Assembly: GCF_000091665.1 (NCBI RefSeq)
Contig: NC_000909.1
Coordinates: 1,546,838-1,578,837, forward strand
Direction of reading: 5' to 3'
Length of the DNA stretch: 32,000 nucleotides
From: Methanocaldococcus jannaschii DSM 2661
GTDB taxonomy: Archaea; AGJL01; Methanococci; Methanococcales; Methanocaldococcaceae
Made by a program: the position numbers and the translations under genes. The notes beneath the pieces are model-generated. The model worked only from the letters and a program-made list of their open reading frames with translations, was not told where the DNA came from and did no database searches. Below, piece after piece: positions 10,970 through 19,485 of the stretch (positions within the stretch are counted from its first letter, which is position 1; the number at the start of each line of letters is the position of its first letter).

Positions 10970-11425
10970 TTAAATTTCTTTGAATTTTCCAATTATATAA
11001 TCTCCTTGCTCACTTTCAATTTCAAATAAACCTAATTTACTTAATAACCTTAATCCACTTGCATATACCTTTTTTCCAAAACTTTCTCCAATATTATCAT
11101 CTATATTCATAATACAACTTTGACGTAACACCCTATATAGCGTTTCTATTAACTCATCCTCATCTACTGCATTAAGATTTACAGCACTTGCTTTTAATTC
11201 CTTAAATTTTCCAGTTACTGACCTACAATATTCACTTTCAATCTTAAACAATCCAACTTTTGACAGCAACCTCAATCCATCAGCATAAGCAGATAAACCT
11301 CCACTCCAAGCGTAATTTTCATCATCATACCAACATTTAAGTTTTAAAACTTTGTATAATGTTTTTATGAGTTTCCATTTACTAATATCATTTTTCATCT
11401 CCATCACTTTATTTCCTATCTCCAT
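10970..11425 (-). CDS. Hypothetical protein with two internal ~60 aa repeats
   Basis: LIKTLYKVLKLKCW...YADGLRLLSKVGLFKIESEYCRSVTGKFKE versus LIETLYRVLRQSC...YASGLRLLSKLGLFEIESEQGDYIIGKFKEI. Confidence 0.75.
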   Translation of the reverse strand: MEIGNKVMEMKNDISKWKLIKTLYKVLKLKCWYDDENYAWSGGLSAYADGLRLLSKVGLFKIESEYCRSVTGKFKELKASAVNLNAVDEDELIETLYRVLRQSCIMNIDDNIGESFGKKVYASGLRLLSKLGLFEIESEQGDYIIGKFKEI

Positions 11426-12341
11426 AGTATATCTTTAAAGCCTCCTCCAAACTCTTCCCTTCAATGGTTATCGCATATATTGCATTACACATCCTTATAG
11501 CGGCATCTAAAGGCTTTTGGTGGATATTTCTTCCAGTTGCATTTCCTCTTGCCCCACTAATATTAATTTGCTCCCAAATCTGTTTTAAAAATTTTTCTGG
11601 CTCTATACTTTTACCTCCAGCACATAGAACTCCAGTTCTTCCAGCGGCTAAGACAGCCTCTTTAAACCTCTCTGCTGGATTATCACACTTTGGATAATTA
11701 ACTTTAACAAAATCAGCCCCTAAGCATGCGGCAACTCCAGCAGCTCCAGCAATTAAGTGAGGGTCTTTCTCATCTTTAACATTCTTCCCTCTTGGATAGC
11801 TCCAGATTATTGCTATTAAGCCATGCTTGTGAGCTTCTAATATAACCCTTGATGCCTCTTCAAACATTATATGTTCATACTCACTTCCAGGATAGATTGT
11901 ATAACCAACCCCCAATATTTTTAATCCAGAGTTTTCTTTTAAATCAACAACATCTTTAACATGCACTAAAGCCCTACTTATTGGGTCTCTTGTTTTAACA
12001 AGATGAGTTTTTGAGTTAATCTTCACAATATAGGGAATTTTTTTATAATCCATTCCATATCTTGCTATTAATCCGAGTTGTGTTGCAAATCCGCAGATTT
12101 TCCCTTTACTTGCTATATTAAACAGATGTTCTGGAGATGCGTCATCCTTAGCTATCCCCTCCCCAAAGAAGTCGTCATTTAAATGTTCAATCTTCTGGTC
12201 TCCAGCGAATAGCATTACATTTCCAGTTCTTTTTGTTAATTCTAAGTAGTTTTTTATGTATTCTTCTTTTCTGTCTTCTGGAACTGTTAGTGGCACTTTT
12301 ACATCTCTCTTTTTTAACCTCTTTATCATAAAAATCCCCAC
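11409..12341 (-). CDS. FbaB-like class I aldolase family protein (MJ1585-type, DKFP biosynthesis)
   Basis: VMLFAGDQKIEHLNDDF, GLIAIIWSYPRG, GADFVKVNYP, VLCAGGKS, SGARGNATGRNIHQ. Confidence 0.88.
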   Translation of the reverse strand: MGIFMIKRLKKRDVKVPLTVPEDRKEEYIKNYLELTKRTGNVMLFAGDQKIEHLNDDFFGEGIAKDDASPEHLFNIASKGKICGFATQLGLIARYGMDYKKIPYIVKINSKTHLVKTRDPISRALVHVKDVVDLKENSGLKILGVGYTIYPGSEYEHIMFEEASRVILEAHKHGLIAIIWSYPRGKNVKDEKDPHLIAGAAGVAACLGADFVKVNYPKCDNPAERFKEAVLAAGRTGVLCAGGKSIEPEKFLKQIWEQINISGARGNATGRNIHQKPLDAAIRMCNAIYAITIEGKSLEEALKIYYGDRK

Positions 12342-12376
12342 AATAAATATATGAAACTAACTACAAAAATAGTTAT

Positions 12377-13852
12377 GTGAGAAGGGATATTAATAATTTC
12401 CTATTTGGTGAGAGAATGGAGTTATTTGAAATATTAAAACAAAAAATTAAAGAAAAAGAGGTTATAACACCAAAGGAAATGGCAATTATTGATGATAATG
12501 CAGAGTTTTTGGGAATTCAAAAAATATTATTAATGGAGAATGCTGGAAAGGCAGTTTATGAAGAGATTAAGGATATTGATGCTGAGGAATTTATCATTTT
12601 CTGTGGAACTGGAAATAACGGAGGAGATGGGTTTGTTGTAGCAAGACATCTTGGAAAGGGAGATGTTATATTAATAGGAAAAGAGTCAGAGATAAAAACC
12701 TACGAGGCAAGAGAAAACTTTAAGATACTAAAAAATTTGGCAGAGTTTGGAAATATAAGGATTAGAGAAATTAAATGGGCTGAGGAAGTTAATGATATAT
12801 TTGAAAGGCTAAAAAATAAAAAGGCAGTTATTATAGATGCAATGATTGGAACTGGTGTTAAAGGAGAGCTAAGAGAGCCATTTAAAACCATAGTTGATAA
12901 AATAAACGAGTTAAAGCAAATAAACAAAAATATCTTTGTTATAAGTGTAGATGTTGAGACAGGGCATTTAGAAAGCGATTTAACTATAACTTTCCACAAG
13001 AGAAAGACTATAAACAAAGACAACGCCATTGTAAAAAAGATTGGCATTCCTAAGGAGGCAGAATACATAGTTGGCTGGGGAGATTTAAAAGCTCTAAGGA
13101 AGAGAGATAGCAATAGCCACAAAGGGCAAAATGGAAAAGTTTTGATTATTGGAGGTAGTAAAGATTTTTATGGAGCTCCAATATTGGCTGGTTTGGCAGC
13201 ATTAAAAATTGTTGATTTGGTGGGGATTTTGTCAGTCGGTAAGGTTATAGATAAAGTAAATCATCCAGAGTTTATTATGTATAGGGTTGAAGGGGATTAT
13301 TTAAGCTCTCAACATGTTGATTATACTCTAGAAATTGCTAAAAAGTATGATGTTGTTGTTCTTGGTAATGGCTTAGGAGCCAACAATAGAACTAAAGCAT
13401 TTTTAAATGAGTTCTTAGCAAAATATGATGGAAAAGTGGTTATTGATGCTGATGCAATTAAAGTTATTGATTATAATAACTTTGAATTCTCTGAGAATTA
13501 TATTTTCACTCCTCACAAAAGAGAGTTTGAATATATGGGGATTGATTTAGATAACATTGAAAATATAAAATCAACGATTGTGTTAAAAGGGAAATATGAT
13601 ATAATATTTAATGCCAACAATCTAAAAATAAACAAAACTGGAAATGCTGGTTTGACAAAGGGAGGAACTGGAGATGTTTTAGCTGGTTTAATTGGGGCTT
13701 TATTTGCTGTTAATGAGGCATTTTTATCAGCATGTTGTGGAGCTTTTATAAACGGCTATGCTGGAGATTTGCTGTTAAAAGAGAAAGGTTATTATTATAC
13801 CCCATTAGATTTGATTGAAAAAATCCCTAATGTCTTAAAAATCTTTCAATGA
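12377..13852 (+). CDS. nnrD: Bifunctional NAD(P)H-hydrate epimerase / ADP-dependent dehydratase
   Basis: ENAGKAVYE, FCGTGNNGGDGFVVAR, HKGQNGKVLIIGGS, NKTGNAGLTKGGTGDVLAGL. Confidence 0.93.
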   Translation: MRRDINNFLFGERMELFEILKQKIKEKEVITPKEMAIIDDNAEFLGIQKILLMENAGKAVYEEIKDIDAEEFIIFCGTGNNGGDGFVVARHLGKGDVILIGKESEIKTYEARENFKILKNLAEFGNIRIREIKWAEEVNDIFERLKNKKAVIIDAMIGTGVKGELREPFKTIVDKINELKQINKNIFVISVDVETGHLESDLTITFHKRKTINKDNAIVKKIGIPKEAEYIVGWGDLKALRKRDSNSHKGQNGKVLIIGGSKDFYGAPILAGLAALKIVDLVGILSVGKVIDKVNHPEFIMYRVEGDYLSSQHVDYTLEIAKKYDVVVLGNGLGANNRTKAFLNEFLAKYDGKVVIDADAIKVIDYNNFEFSENYIFTPHKREFEYMGIDLDNIENIKSTIVLKGKYDIIFNANNLKINKTGNAGLTKGGTGDVLAGLIGALFAVNEAFLSACCGAFINGYAGDLLLKEKGYYYTPLDLIEKIPNVLKIFQ

Positions 13853-13909
13853 AACTATTAAATTATTTATTCAAGGAAAAATATTTAAAGACAAATAATA
13901 GGAGGGATT

Positions 13910-14780
13910 ATGAAGGCAGATTTGCACATACACACAAAATATTCTGGAATTGGTAAATTTTGGAAACTTAAATTCCCTGATTCTGTTGAAGAGCCAAGAA
14001 ATATATTGAAAGTAGCTAAGAAAAAAGGCATTGAGGTTGTAGCAATAACTGACCATAATACAATTAGGGGAGGGGTTGAGACAAAAAAATTGGAGAAAGA
14101 GTTTGGAGTTGAAGTTGTTATAGGTAGCGAGATTATGACTACCGAAGGGGAAATAATTGGTTTATTTTTAAATGAAGATATACCTAAAGGTTTATCTCCA
14201 GAGGAAACTATAGAAAAAATTAAAGAACAAGGAGGATTAGCTATAGCTCCCCATCCCTACAGCCCCATCTGTAAAGCACTTGGAGACCGAATATTTGACT
14301 TAGATTTGGATGGAGTTGAGGTTTTTAATGCCTACCATAGGGATGGAATAGTTAATAATATAGCATTAAATAAGGTTATAAAGGAACTACCACAAAAAGC
14401 CTTTTGCATTTATTGGAGGGAGTGATGCTCACATAGCGAGGATGGTAGGGAATGCCTATACATTATTTGAGGGAAATTCAGCTGATGATTTGTATAAGGC
14501 AATAGTTAAAAAAAGAACGACTTATGAAGGAAAGCCAACACCTTTGTATCAAGCAATATTATGGAGTTATAAGGTTGTCTATACGTCAGAAAAGAAGTTA
14601 ATAAAATCTTTAATTTTTAGGATAGGAGATAATACAATTGATTCAATAAAACTTTATAAAAAGATTTTAGGAGTTTTTGGAGGATTTATTTATATATTAA
14701 CTCCCCTTCCAATAGTTTCCGGATTTTTAGGTAATTATTACCTTAAAAAGAAAGCAAAGGAAAAAATGAAAGAAGTTTAA
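13910..14780 (+). pseudogene. PHP-domain metal-dependent phosphoesterase, split by a frameshift near 14395-14400
   Basis: ADLHIHTKYSGIGK, AITDHNTIRGG, IAPHPYSP. Shifting one base at the A5 run gives KPFAFIGGSDAHIARMVGNAYTLFEG, continuing into the ORF at 14442. Confidence 0.82.
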
Positions 14781-14813
14781 TAGTTTTTTGCAAAAAACTA
14801 TTAGTTTGAGAAC

Positions 14814-15690
14814 ATGATGATGGCATTGCAGATATTTATAAAGATACTTCCAATAATGTTTTTTGGAATTCTTTTAGCAAATCTTATGTGTCATTTAAAT
14901 ATCTTATACAAACTTCAAAAATATATAAAAAATAAATACTTCCCAATAATTGCTGTCTTTTTTGTTAGTTCAACATCAGGTAGCTTTTTATTAAAAAATT
15001 TATTAAAAAAAGGTGAAATTTCAGAAGAAAATCTTTTGCCAATTTACTTTTTAGGGATGTTTGTATTTGGAATCCACATAATTTTATTTTATGCTATACC
15101 AATGGCTACAAGTTTGGGTTGGTATGTTGGAGGCATCTATGTGCTAATAAAATTTTTGGTAACATGCAATTATTTGATTATAAGTGTTTTAATGCTTAAA
15201 AAAAGGAAATACAATATTGATATTGAATTTAAATCTAAGTCAGAAGGTTTATATGGAGCTATAAGAGATACGTTTAAGCAGTATTTTAGAGTTTTAACAT
15301 CATTTGTCCCATCTGTTTTGATAATAACTTATCTTATTGAGCATGGTTTATTGGATATTGTTGAGGATTTTGCTGGTTCTTTATTAAATGCTTTAAATTT
15401 ATCTCCTACTATTTTAGTTATAGTGCTTACAGGGTTAGCTACAATTTCAGGGGCTATAGGTATTGCATCTGGACTTTTAGATGAAAATATACTGTCTCCA
15501 AATGAAGTTCTCTTTTCTTTATTTCTCGCAGGTTTTTAAATAGAGTTGTTCTTTATTTGAGAAAGTATTTACCAATACAGCTCTCAATATTTGGAAAAAT
15601 CGGGGCAAAGTTAGCTACTTTACATTTAATTGTTTATGAGATATCTTTTTTAATTGTAATAGTTGTTTGGTATCTCTTTTTTATTGTTTA
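14814..15690 (+). pseudogene. Nucleoside-recognition/Gate-like permease (MJ0880/MJ1556 family), frameshift near 15530-15540
   Basis: The first ORF ends FLAGF*. A +/-1 shift at the TTTTTAAA run gives LNRVVLYLRKYLPIQLSIFGKIGAKLATLHLIVYEISFLIVIVVWYLFFIV*. Confidence 0.75.
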
Positions 15691-15703
15691 AAGTTTATTT
15701 AAT

Positions 15704-15786
15704 AGGGCTTTCGCAGGAATAGACTTTTATAAGGAAAGTTGATTCCTAAATGCCTTATCAAATAATAAAAACTGTGAAAGTCCTAT
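15704..15786. repeat. Intergenic inverted-repeat-bounded element (family B-like)
   Basis: AATAGGGCTTTCGCAG ... CTGTGAAAGTCCTATT; both mismatches are G-U compatible if the element is transcribed. Confidence 0.55.
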
Positions 15787-15926
15787 TTAAATCACCTAAT
15801 TAATTTTTCTAATAGCTAAATAATTATTAGATTCTTTTGCAAAAAACTTTTTATAATTAGAAATTTTAAATAAATGTTAGCATCTATCAAAAACCATATT
15901 AAAAAAATCTAAAATGATGGAAAACG

Positions 15927-16244
15927 ATGAGAATTTCTCCACTAATAGCAGGGTTGATAGGTGGTTTCACTGCTGCAATATTGCAAGCACTGTTTAAAGT
16001 GTTCCCTCCACCAGCTTATGGTATCTGTATAGCATGTCACACAAGGGATTTAGTAAATTGGATTATTAATCATTTATTTGGGACTACATTAGGAATGGCA
16101 CTAGTTTCAAAAGCTTTTCCTGTTTTAACTGTTGTTGGTATATTTATTGGGGCTTTAATAACTACTTTTATATATAAAGAGACTGAGTTAAAGCAAACTC
16201 ACAGTCCAGTTTATTGGTTTCATATTAGGAATTTTAGTTATTAA
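15927..16244 (+). CDS. YeeE/YedE-like membrane protein upstream of selD; 3' part probably frameshifted near 16197
   Basis: SPLIAGLIGGFTAAILQALFKVFPPPAYGICIACHTRDLVNW. A +1 frame from ~16197 reads LTVQFIGFILGILVINF, which fits a membrane protein better than KQTHSPVYWFHIRNFSY. Confidence 0.6.
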   Translation: MRISPLIAGLIGGFTAAILQALFKVFPPPAYGICIACHTRDLVNWIINHLFGTTLGMALVSKAFPVLTVVGIFIGALITTFIYKETELKQTHSPVYWFHIRNFSY

Positions 16245-16375
16245 TTTTTGGCCCTTTGGGCATCATTATTCAATAAATAAAAATATTATCTGTATAAGTC
16301 CTATTAAGCTATCAAATTTACTAATAATTGTAGTTGTTTGGTATGTTTATAAATTTATAACTTTTAGGTGAGAGT

Positions 16376-17425
16376 ATGGAAAGAGGTAATGAAAAAATAA
16401 AACTAACTGAATTAGTTAAACTCCACGGATGAGCTTGCAAACTGCCCAGCACCGAGTTAGAGTTTTTAGTTAAAGGAATAGTTACTGATGATGACTTATT
16501 GGACAAAAATATCTTGGTTGGTTTAGGAGATGATGCATCAATAATTAAGAGGAATGGGTTAGTTATAGCAAAGACAGTTGATGTCTTTACACCAATAGTT
16601 GATGACCCATACATACAGGGAAAAATAGCAGCTTGCAACTCAACAAGCGACATCTATGCTATGGGACTATTGGATATAGTAGGAGTTTTAGCAATTGTTG
16701 GTATTCCAGAGAAGCTTCCAATACACGTAGTTAGAGAGATGTTAAAGGGCTTTCAAGACTTCTGCAGAGAGAACAAAACAACAATAGTTGGTGGTCATAC
16801 AATACTAAATCCATGGCCCTTAATTGGAGGAGCAGTTACTGGTGTTGGAAGAGAGGAGGAGGTTTTAACAAAGGCTGGAGTTAAGGTAGGAGATGTTTTA
16901 ATATTAACAAAACCATTAGGAACTCAAACAGCGATGGCGTTATCAAGAATCCCAGAGGAGTTTAAGGATTTAATTAGCATAACTGAAGAAGAAAGAGACT
17001 ACATCATAAATAAGGCAATAGAGATAATGACTACATCAAACAGATATGCATTAAAAGCTCTAAGAAAGGCTGAAGAAAGAGTTGGAGATAAAATAGCAAA
17101 TGCTTTAACTGACATAACTGGATTTGGAATATTGGGGCATTCAAATGAAATGGCTAAGAATAGCAATGTTTTAATAGAAATAAATTTACTGCCTTGTATA
17201 AAAAGGACTCCAGAGTTAAGCAGATTATTTGGACATGCTTTATTGGATGGTTATGGTGCAGAAACTGCTGGTGGCTTATTAATATCAGCAAAAGAAGAAT
17301 ATAAAGATAATTTAATTGATGAGTTGGAAAAAGCTAAATGCTATGCTTTTGAAGTTGGAAGAGTTGTGAAAAAAGGTGAAGGTAAAGCAGTTTTAAGTAA
17401 GGATGTTAAAGTTATTGAAATTTAA
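16376..17425 (+). CDS. selD: Selenophosphate synthetase, selenoprotein with UGA-encoded Sec at 16430-16432
   Basis: ATG at 16376, in frame with the listed ORF 16499-17425: MERGNEKIKLTELVKLHG-U-ACKLPSTELEFLVKGIVTDDDLLDKNILVGLGDDASII...; TKPLGTQTAMAL, DITGFGILGH. Confidence 0.95.
16430..16432 (+). other. In-frame UGA selenocysteine codon
   Basis: The only stop between ATG 16376 and the downstream frame; the context HG-U-ACK matches the SelD active-site position, and a SECIS is present in the 3' UTR. Confidence 0.93.
16439..16459 (+). promoter_or_regulatory. 5' arm of a long-range 21-nt perfect inverted complement
   Basis: AAACTGCCCAGCACCGAGTTA is the exact reverse complement of 17447-17467. 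Confidence 0.9.
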
Positions 17426-17446
17426 TATCAAACATATATATGCTAT

Positions 17447-17467
17447 TAACTCGGTGCTGGGCAGTTT
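17447..17467 (+). promoter_or_regulatory. 3' arm of a long-range 21-nt perfect inverted complement
   Basis: TAACTCGGTGCTGGGCAGTTT is the exact reverse complement of 16439-16459. A further G16460-U17446 wobble is possible. Confidence 0.9.
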
Positions 17468-17481
17468 TTATAACGTTCTTA

Positions 17482-17514
17482 CGATGTGCCGAACCCTTTA
17501 AGGGAGGCACATCG
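17482..17514 (+). promoter_or_regulatory. Archaeal SECIS element (3' UTR)
   Basis: CGATGTGCC-GAA-CCCT-TTA-AGGG-A-GGCACATCG: 9-bp lower stem, GAA/A asymmetric internal loop, short GC stem and small apical loop. Confidence 0.96.
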
Positions 17515-17518
17515 AAAT

Positions 17519-17546
17519 CTTTGATATATTTTTATTTTTTATTTCA
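17519..17546 (+). terminator. T-rich tract, candidate archaeal terminator of the selD transcript
   Basis: CTTTGATATATTTTTATTTTTTATTTC right after the SECIS; inference only. Confidence 0.4.
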
Positions 17547-17599
17547 CTGTTTTGACTATAGTTCTTTTTAAAATATTTTGTAATAACTAAGGCACTGAT

Positions 17600-17626
17600 G
17601 AACTCCTTCCATTAGGAAGGGAGTTC
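17600..17626. repeat. Hairpin GAACTCCTTCC-ATTA-GGAAGGGAGTTC followed by an AT-rich tract resembling 21644-21681
   Basis: Inverted arms with one bulge; resembles the 21608-21622 hairpin context. Confidence 0.5.
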
Positions 17627-17759
17627 AAACTTAATTAATAAACTTTATTAACATTTGAAAAGAACTATAAATTTTTTATATTACATTGTAAGTATAAAGA
17701 TTAAAAATTAAATGAGAGTTTTAATAATTAAAATTTAAAGTTATAGCTAAGGTGAAAGT

Positions 17760-18488
17760 ATGGAGATAAAATTAGAAGAAATTCTAAAAAAACAGCCATT
17801 ATACAGTGGAAAGGCAAAGTCAATCTATGAGATTGATGATGATAAAGTTTTGATAGAGTTTAGAGATGATATAACAGCTGGAAATGGAGCTAAGCATGAT
17901 GTCAAACAAGGAAAAGGTTACTTAAATGCTCTAATCTCATCAAAGTTATTTGAGGCTTTAGAGGAAAATGGAGTCAAAACCCACTATATAAAGTATATAG
18001 AACCAAGATACATGATAGCTAAAAAAGTTGAGATAATTCCAATTGAGGTTATAGTTAGAAATATAGCTGCTGGAAGTTTGTGTAGAAGATATCCTTTTGA
18101 AGAAGGGAAAGAATTGCCATTTCCAATTGTTCAATTTGACTATAAAAATGATGAGTATGGAGACCCAATGCTAAATGAAGATATTGCTGTAGCTTTAGGT
18201 TTAGCTACAAGAGAGGAGCTAAATAAAATTAAAGAAATTGCTTTAAAGGTTAATGAAGTATTAAAGAAATTGTTTGATGAGAAGGGCATTATATTAGTTG
18301 ATTTCAAAATTGAAATTGGTAAAGATAGGGAAGGCAATTTATTAGTTGCAGATGAGATAAGCCCAGATACTATGAGATTGTGGGATAAGGAGACACGAGA
18401 TGTCTTAGATAAGGATGTATTTAGAAAGGATTTAGGGGATGTTATTGCAAAATACAGAATTGTCGCTGAGAGATTGGGATTATTATAA
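17760..18488 (+). CDS. purC: Phosphoribosylaminoimidazole-succinocarboxamide synthase
   Basis: LYSGKAKSIYEID, FRDDITAGNG, RNIAAGSL, VADEISPDTMRLWD. Confidence 0.96.
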   Translation: MEIKLEEILKKQPLYSGKAKSIYEIDDDKVLIEFRDDITAGNGAKHDVKQGKGYLNALISSKLFEALEENGVKTHYIKYIEPRYMIAKKVEIIPIEVIVRNIAAGSLCRRYPFEEGKELPFPIVQFDYKNDEYGDPMLNEDIAVALGLATREELNKIKEIALKVNEVLKKLFDEKGIILVDFKIEIGKDREGNLLVADEISPDTMRLWDKETRDVLDKDVFRKDLGDVIAKYRIVAERLGLL

Positions 18489-18505
18489 AGCAATAAGGTG
18501 AAATT

Positions 18506-18757
18506 ATGTATAAGGCAACAGTTATAATAAAGTTAAAAAAAGGAGTTCTAAATCCAGAAGGAAGGACAATACAGAGAGCTTTAAACTTTTTAGGATTTAA
18601 TAATGTTAAAGAAGTCCAAACATACAAGATGATTGATATAATAATGGAAGGAGAAAATGAAGAAAAAGTTAAAGAGGAAGTTGAAGAAATGTGTAAAAAG
18701 CTCTTAGCAAACCCTGTTATTCATGATTATGAGATAAAAGTCGAGAAAATTGAATAA
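18506..18757 (+). CDS. purS: Phosphoribosylformylglycinamidine synthase subunit PurS
   Basis: LKKGVLNPEGRTIQRALNFLGFNNV; directly follows purC. Confidence 0.93.
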   Translation: MYKATVIIKLKKGVLNPEGRTIQRALNFLGFNNVKEVQTYKMIDIIMEGENEEKVKEEVEEMCKKLLANPVIHDYEIKVEKIE

Positions 18758-18822
18758 TTAATTTTATTAAACTTTTTTATTAAAATTTACTTAATTTTAA
18801 AATTTTTAAAGTTGGTGATTGA

Positions 18823-19458
18823 ATGGAGAAGAAGAAAAAGCTTATTTTATTTGATTTTGATAGCACATTGGTTAATAATGAGACAATTGATGAGATTGCA
18901 AGAGAGGCGGGAGTTGAGGAAGAAGTTAAAAAAATTACTAAAGAAGCAATGGAAGGGAAATTAAATTTTGAGCAATCTTTAAGAAAAAGAGTTAGTTTAT
19001 TAAAAGACCTTCCAATTGAAAAGGTTGAAAAAGCTATTAAAAGAATAACACCAACAGAGGGAGCTGAAGAGACTATTAAAGAGTTAAAAAATAGAGGTTA
19101 TGTTGTTGCTGTTGTTAGTGGAGGTTTTGATATTGCTGTTAATAAAATTAAAGAAAAATTGGGATTAGATTATGCTTTTGCAAATAGATTGATTGTTAAA
19201 GATGGAAAACTAACTGGAGATGTTGAGGGAGAGGTTTTAAAAGAAAATGCTAAGGGAGAAATTTTGGAAAAGATAGCTAAAATTGAGGGAATAAATTTGG
19301 AGGATACTGTTGCTGTAGGAGATGGAGCTAATGACATAAGTATGTTTAAAAAAGCTGGTTTGAAGATAGCTTTTTGTGCTAAGCCAATTTTAAAAGAGAA
19401 GGCAGATATTTGTATAGAGAAAAGGGATTTGAGAGAGATTTTAAAGTATATTAAATAA
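18823..19458 (+). CDS. serB: Phosphoserine phosphatase
   Basis: LFDFDSTLVNNETIDEIAREAG, VVSGGFD, VAVGDGANDISMFKKAG. Confidence 0.96.
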   Translation: MEKKKKLILFDFDSTLVNNETIDEIAREAGVEEEVKKITKEAMEGKLNFEQSLRKRVSLLKDLPIEKVEKAIKRITPTEGAEETIKELKNRGYVVAVVSGGFDIAVNKIKEKLGLDYAFANRLIVKDGKLTGDVEGEVLKENAKGEILEKIAKIEGINLEDTVAVGDGANDISMFKKAGLKIAFCAKPILKEKADICIEKRDLREILKYIK

Positions 19459-19485
19459 AATATAATTAATAGATATTATATTAAA

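Noticed and set aside
12700-13122. Minus-strand 140 aa ORF within nnrD
   Set aside because: Shadow of a strongly supported gene; hydrophobic composition is typical of antisense frames in this AT-rich genome.
16321-16653. Minus-strand ORF spanning the selD start
   Set aside because: Considered because it crosses the Sec region. It has shadow-type composition, and the plus-strand SelD reading fully explains the sequence.
16439-17467. Possibility that the selD 21-nt complement is just a terminator or part of the dispersed repeat families
   Set aside because: It is not followed by a T tract at the 5' arm, the arms are ~1 kb apart, and the sequence (CTGCCCAGCACCGAG) does not match either dispersed element family seen here.
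18140-18493. Minus-strand ORF opposite purC
   Set aside because: Antisense shadow with no domain-like features; purC is unambiguous.
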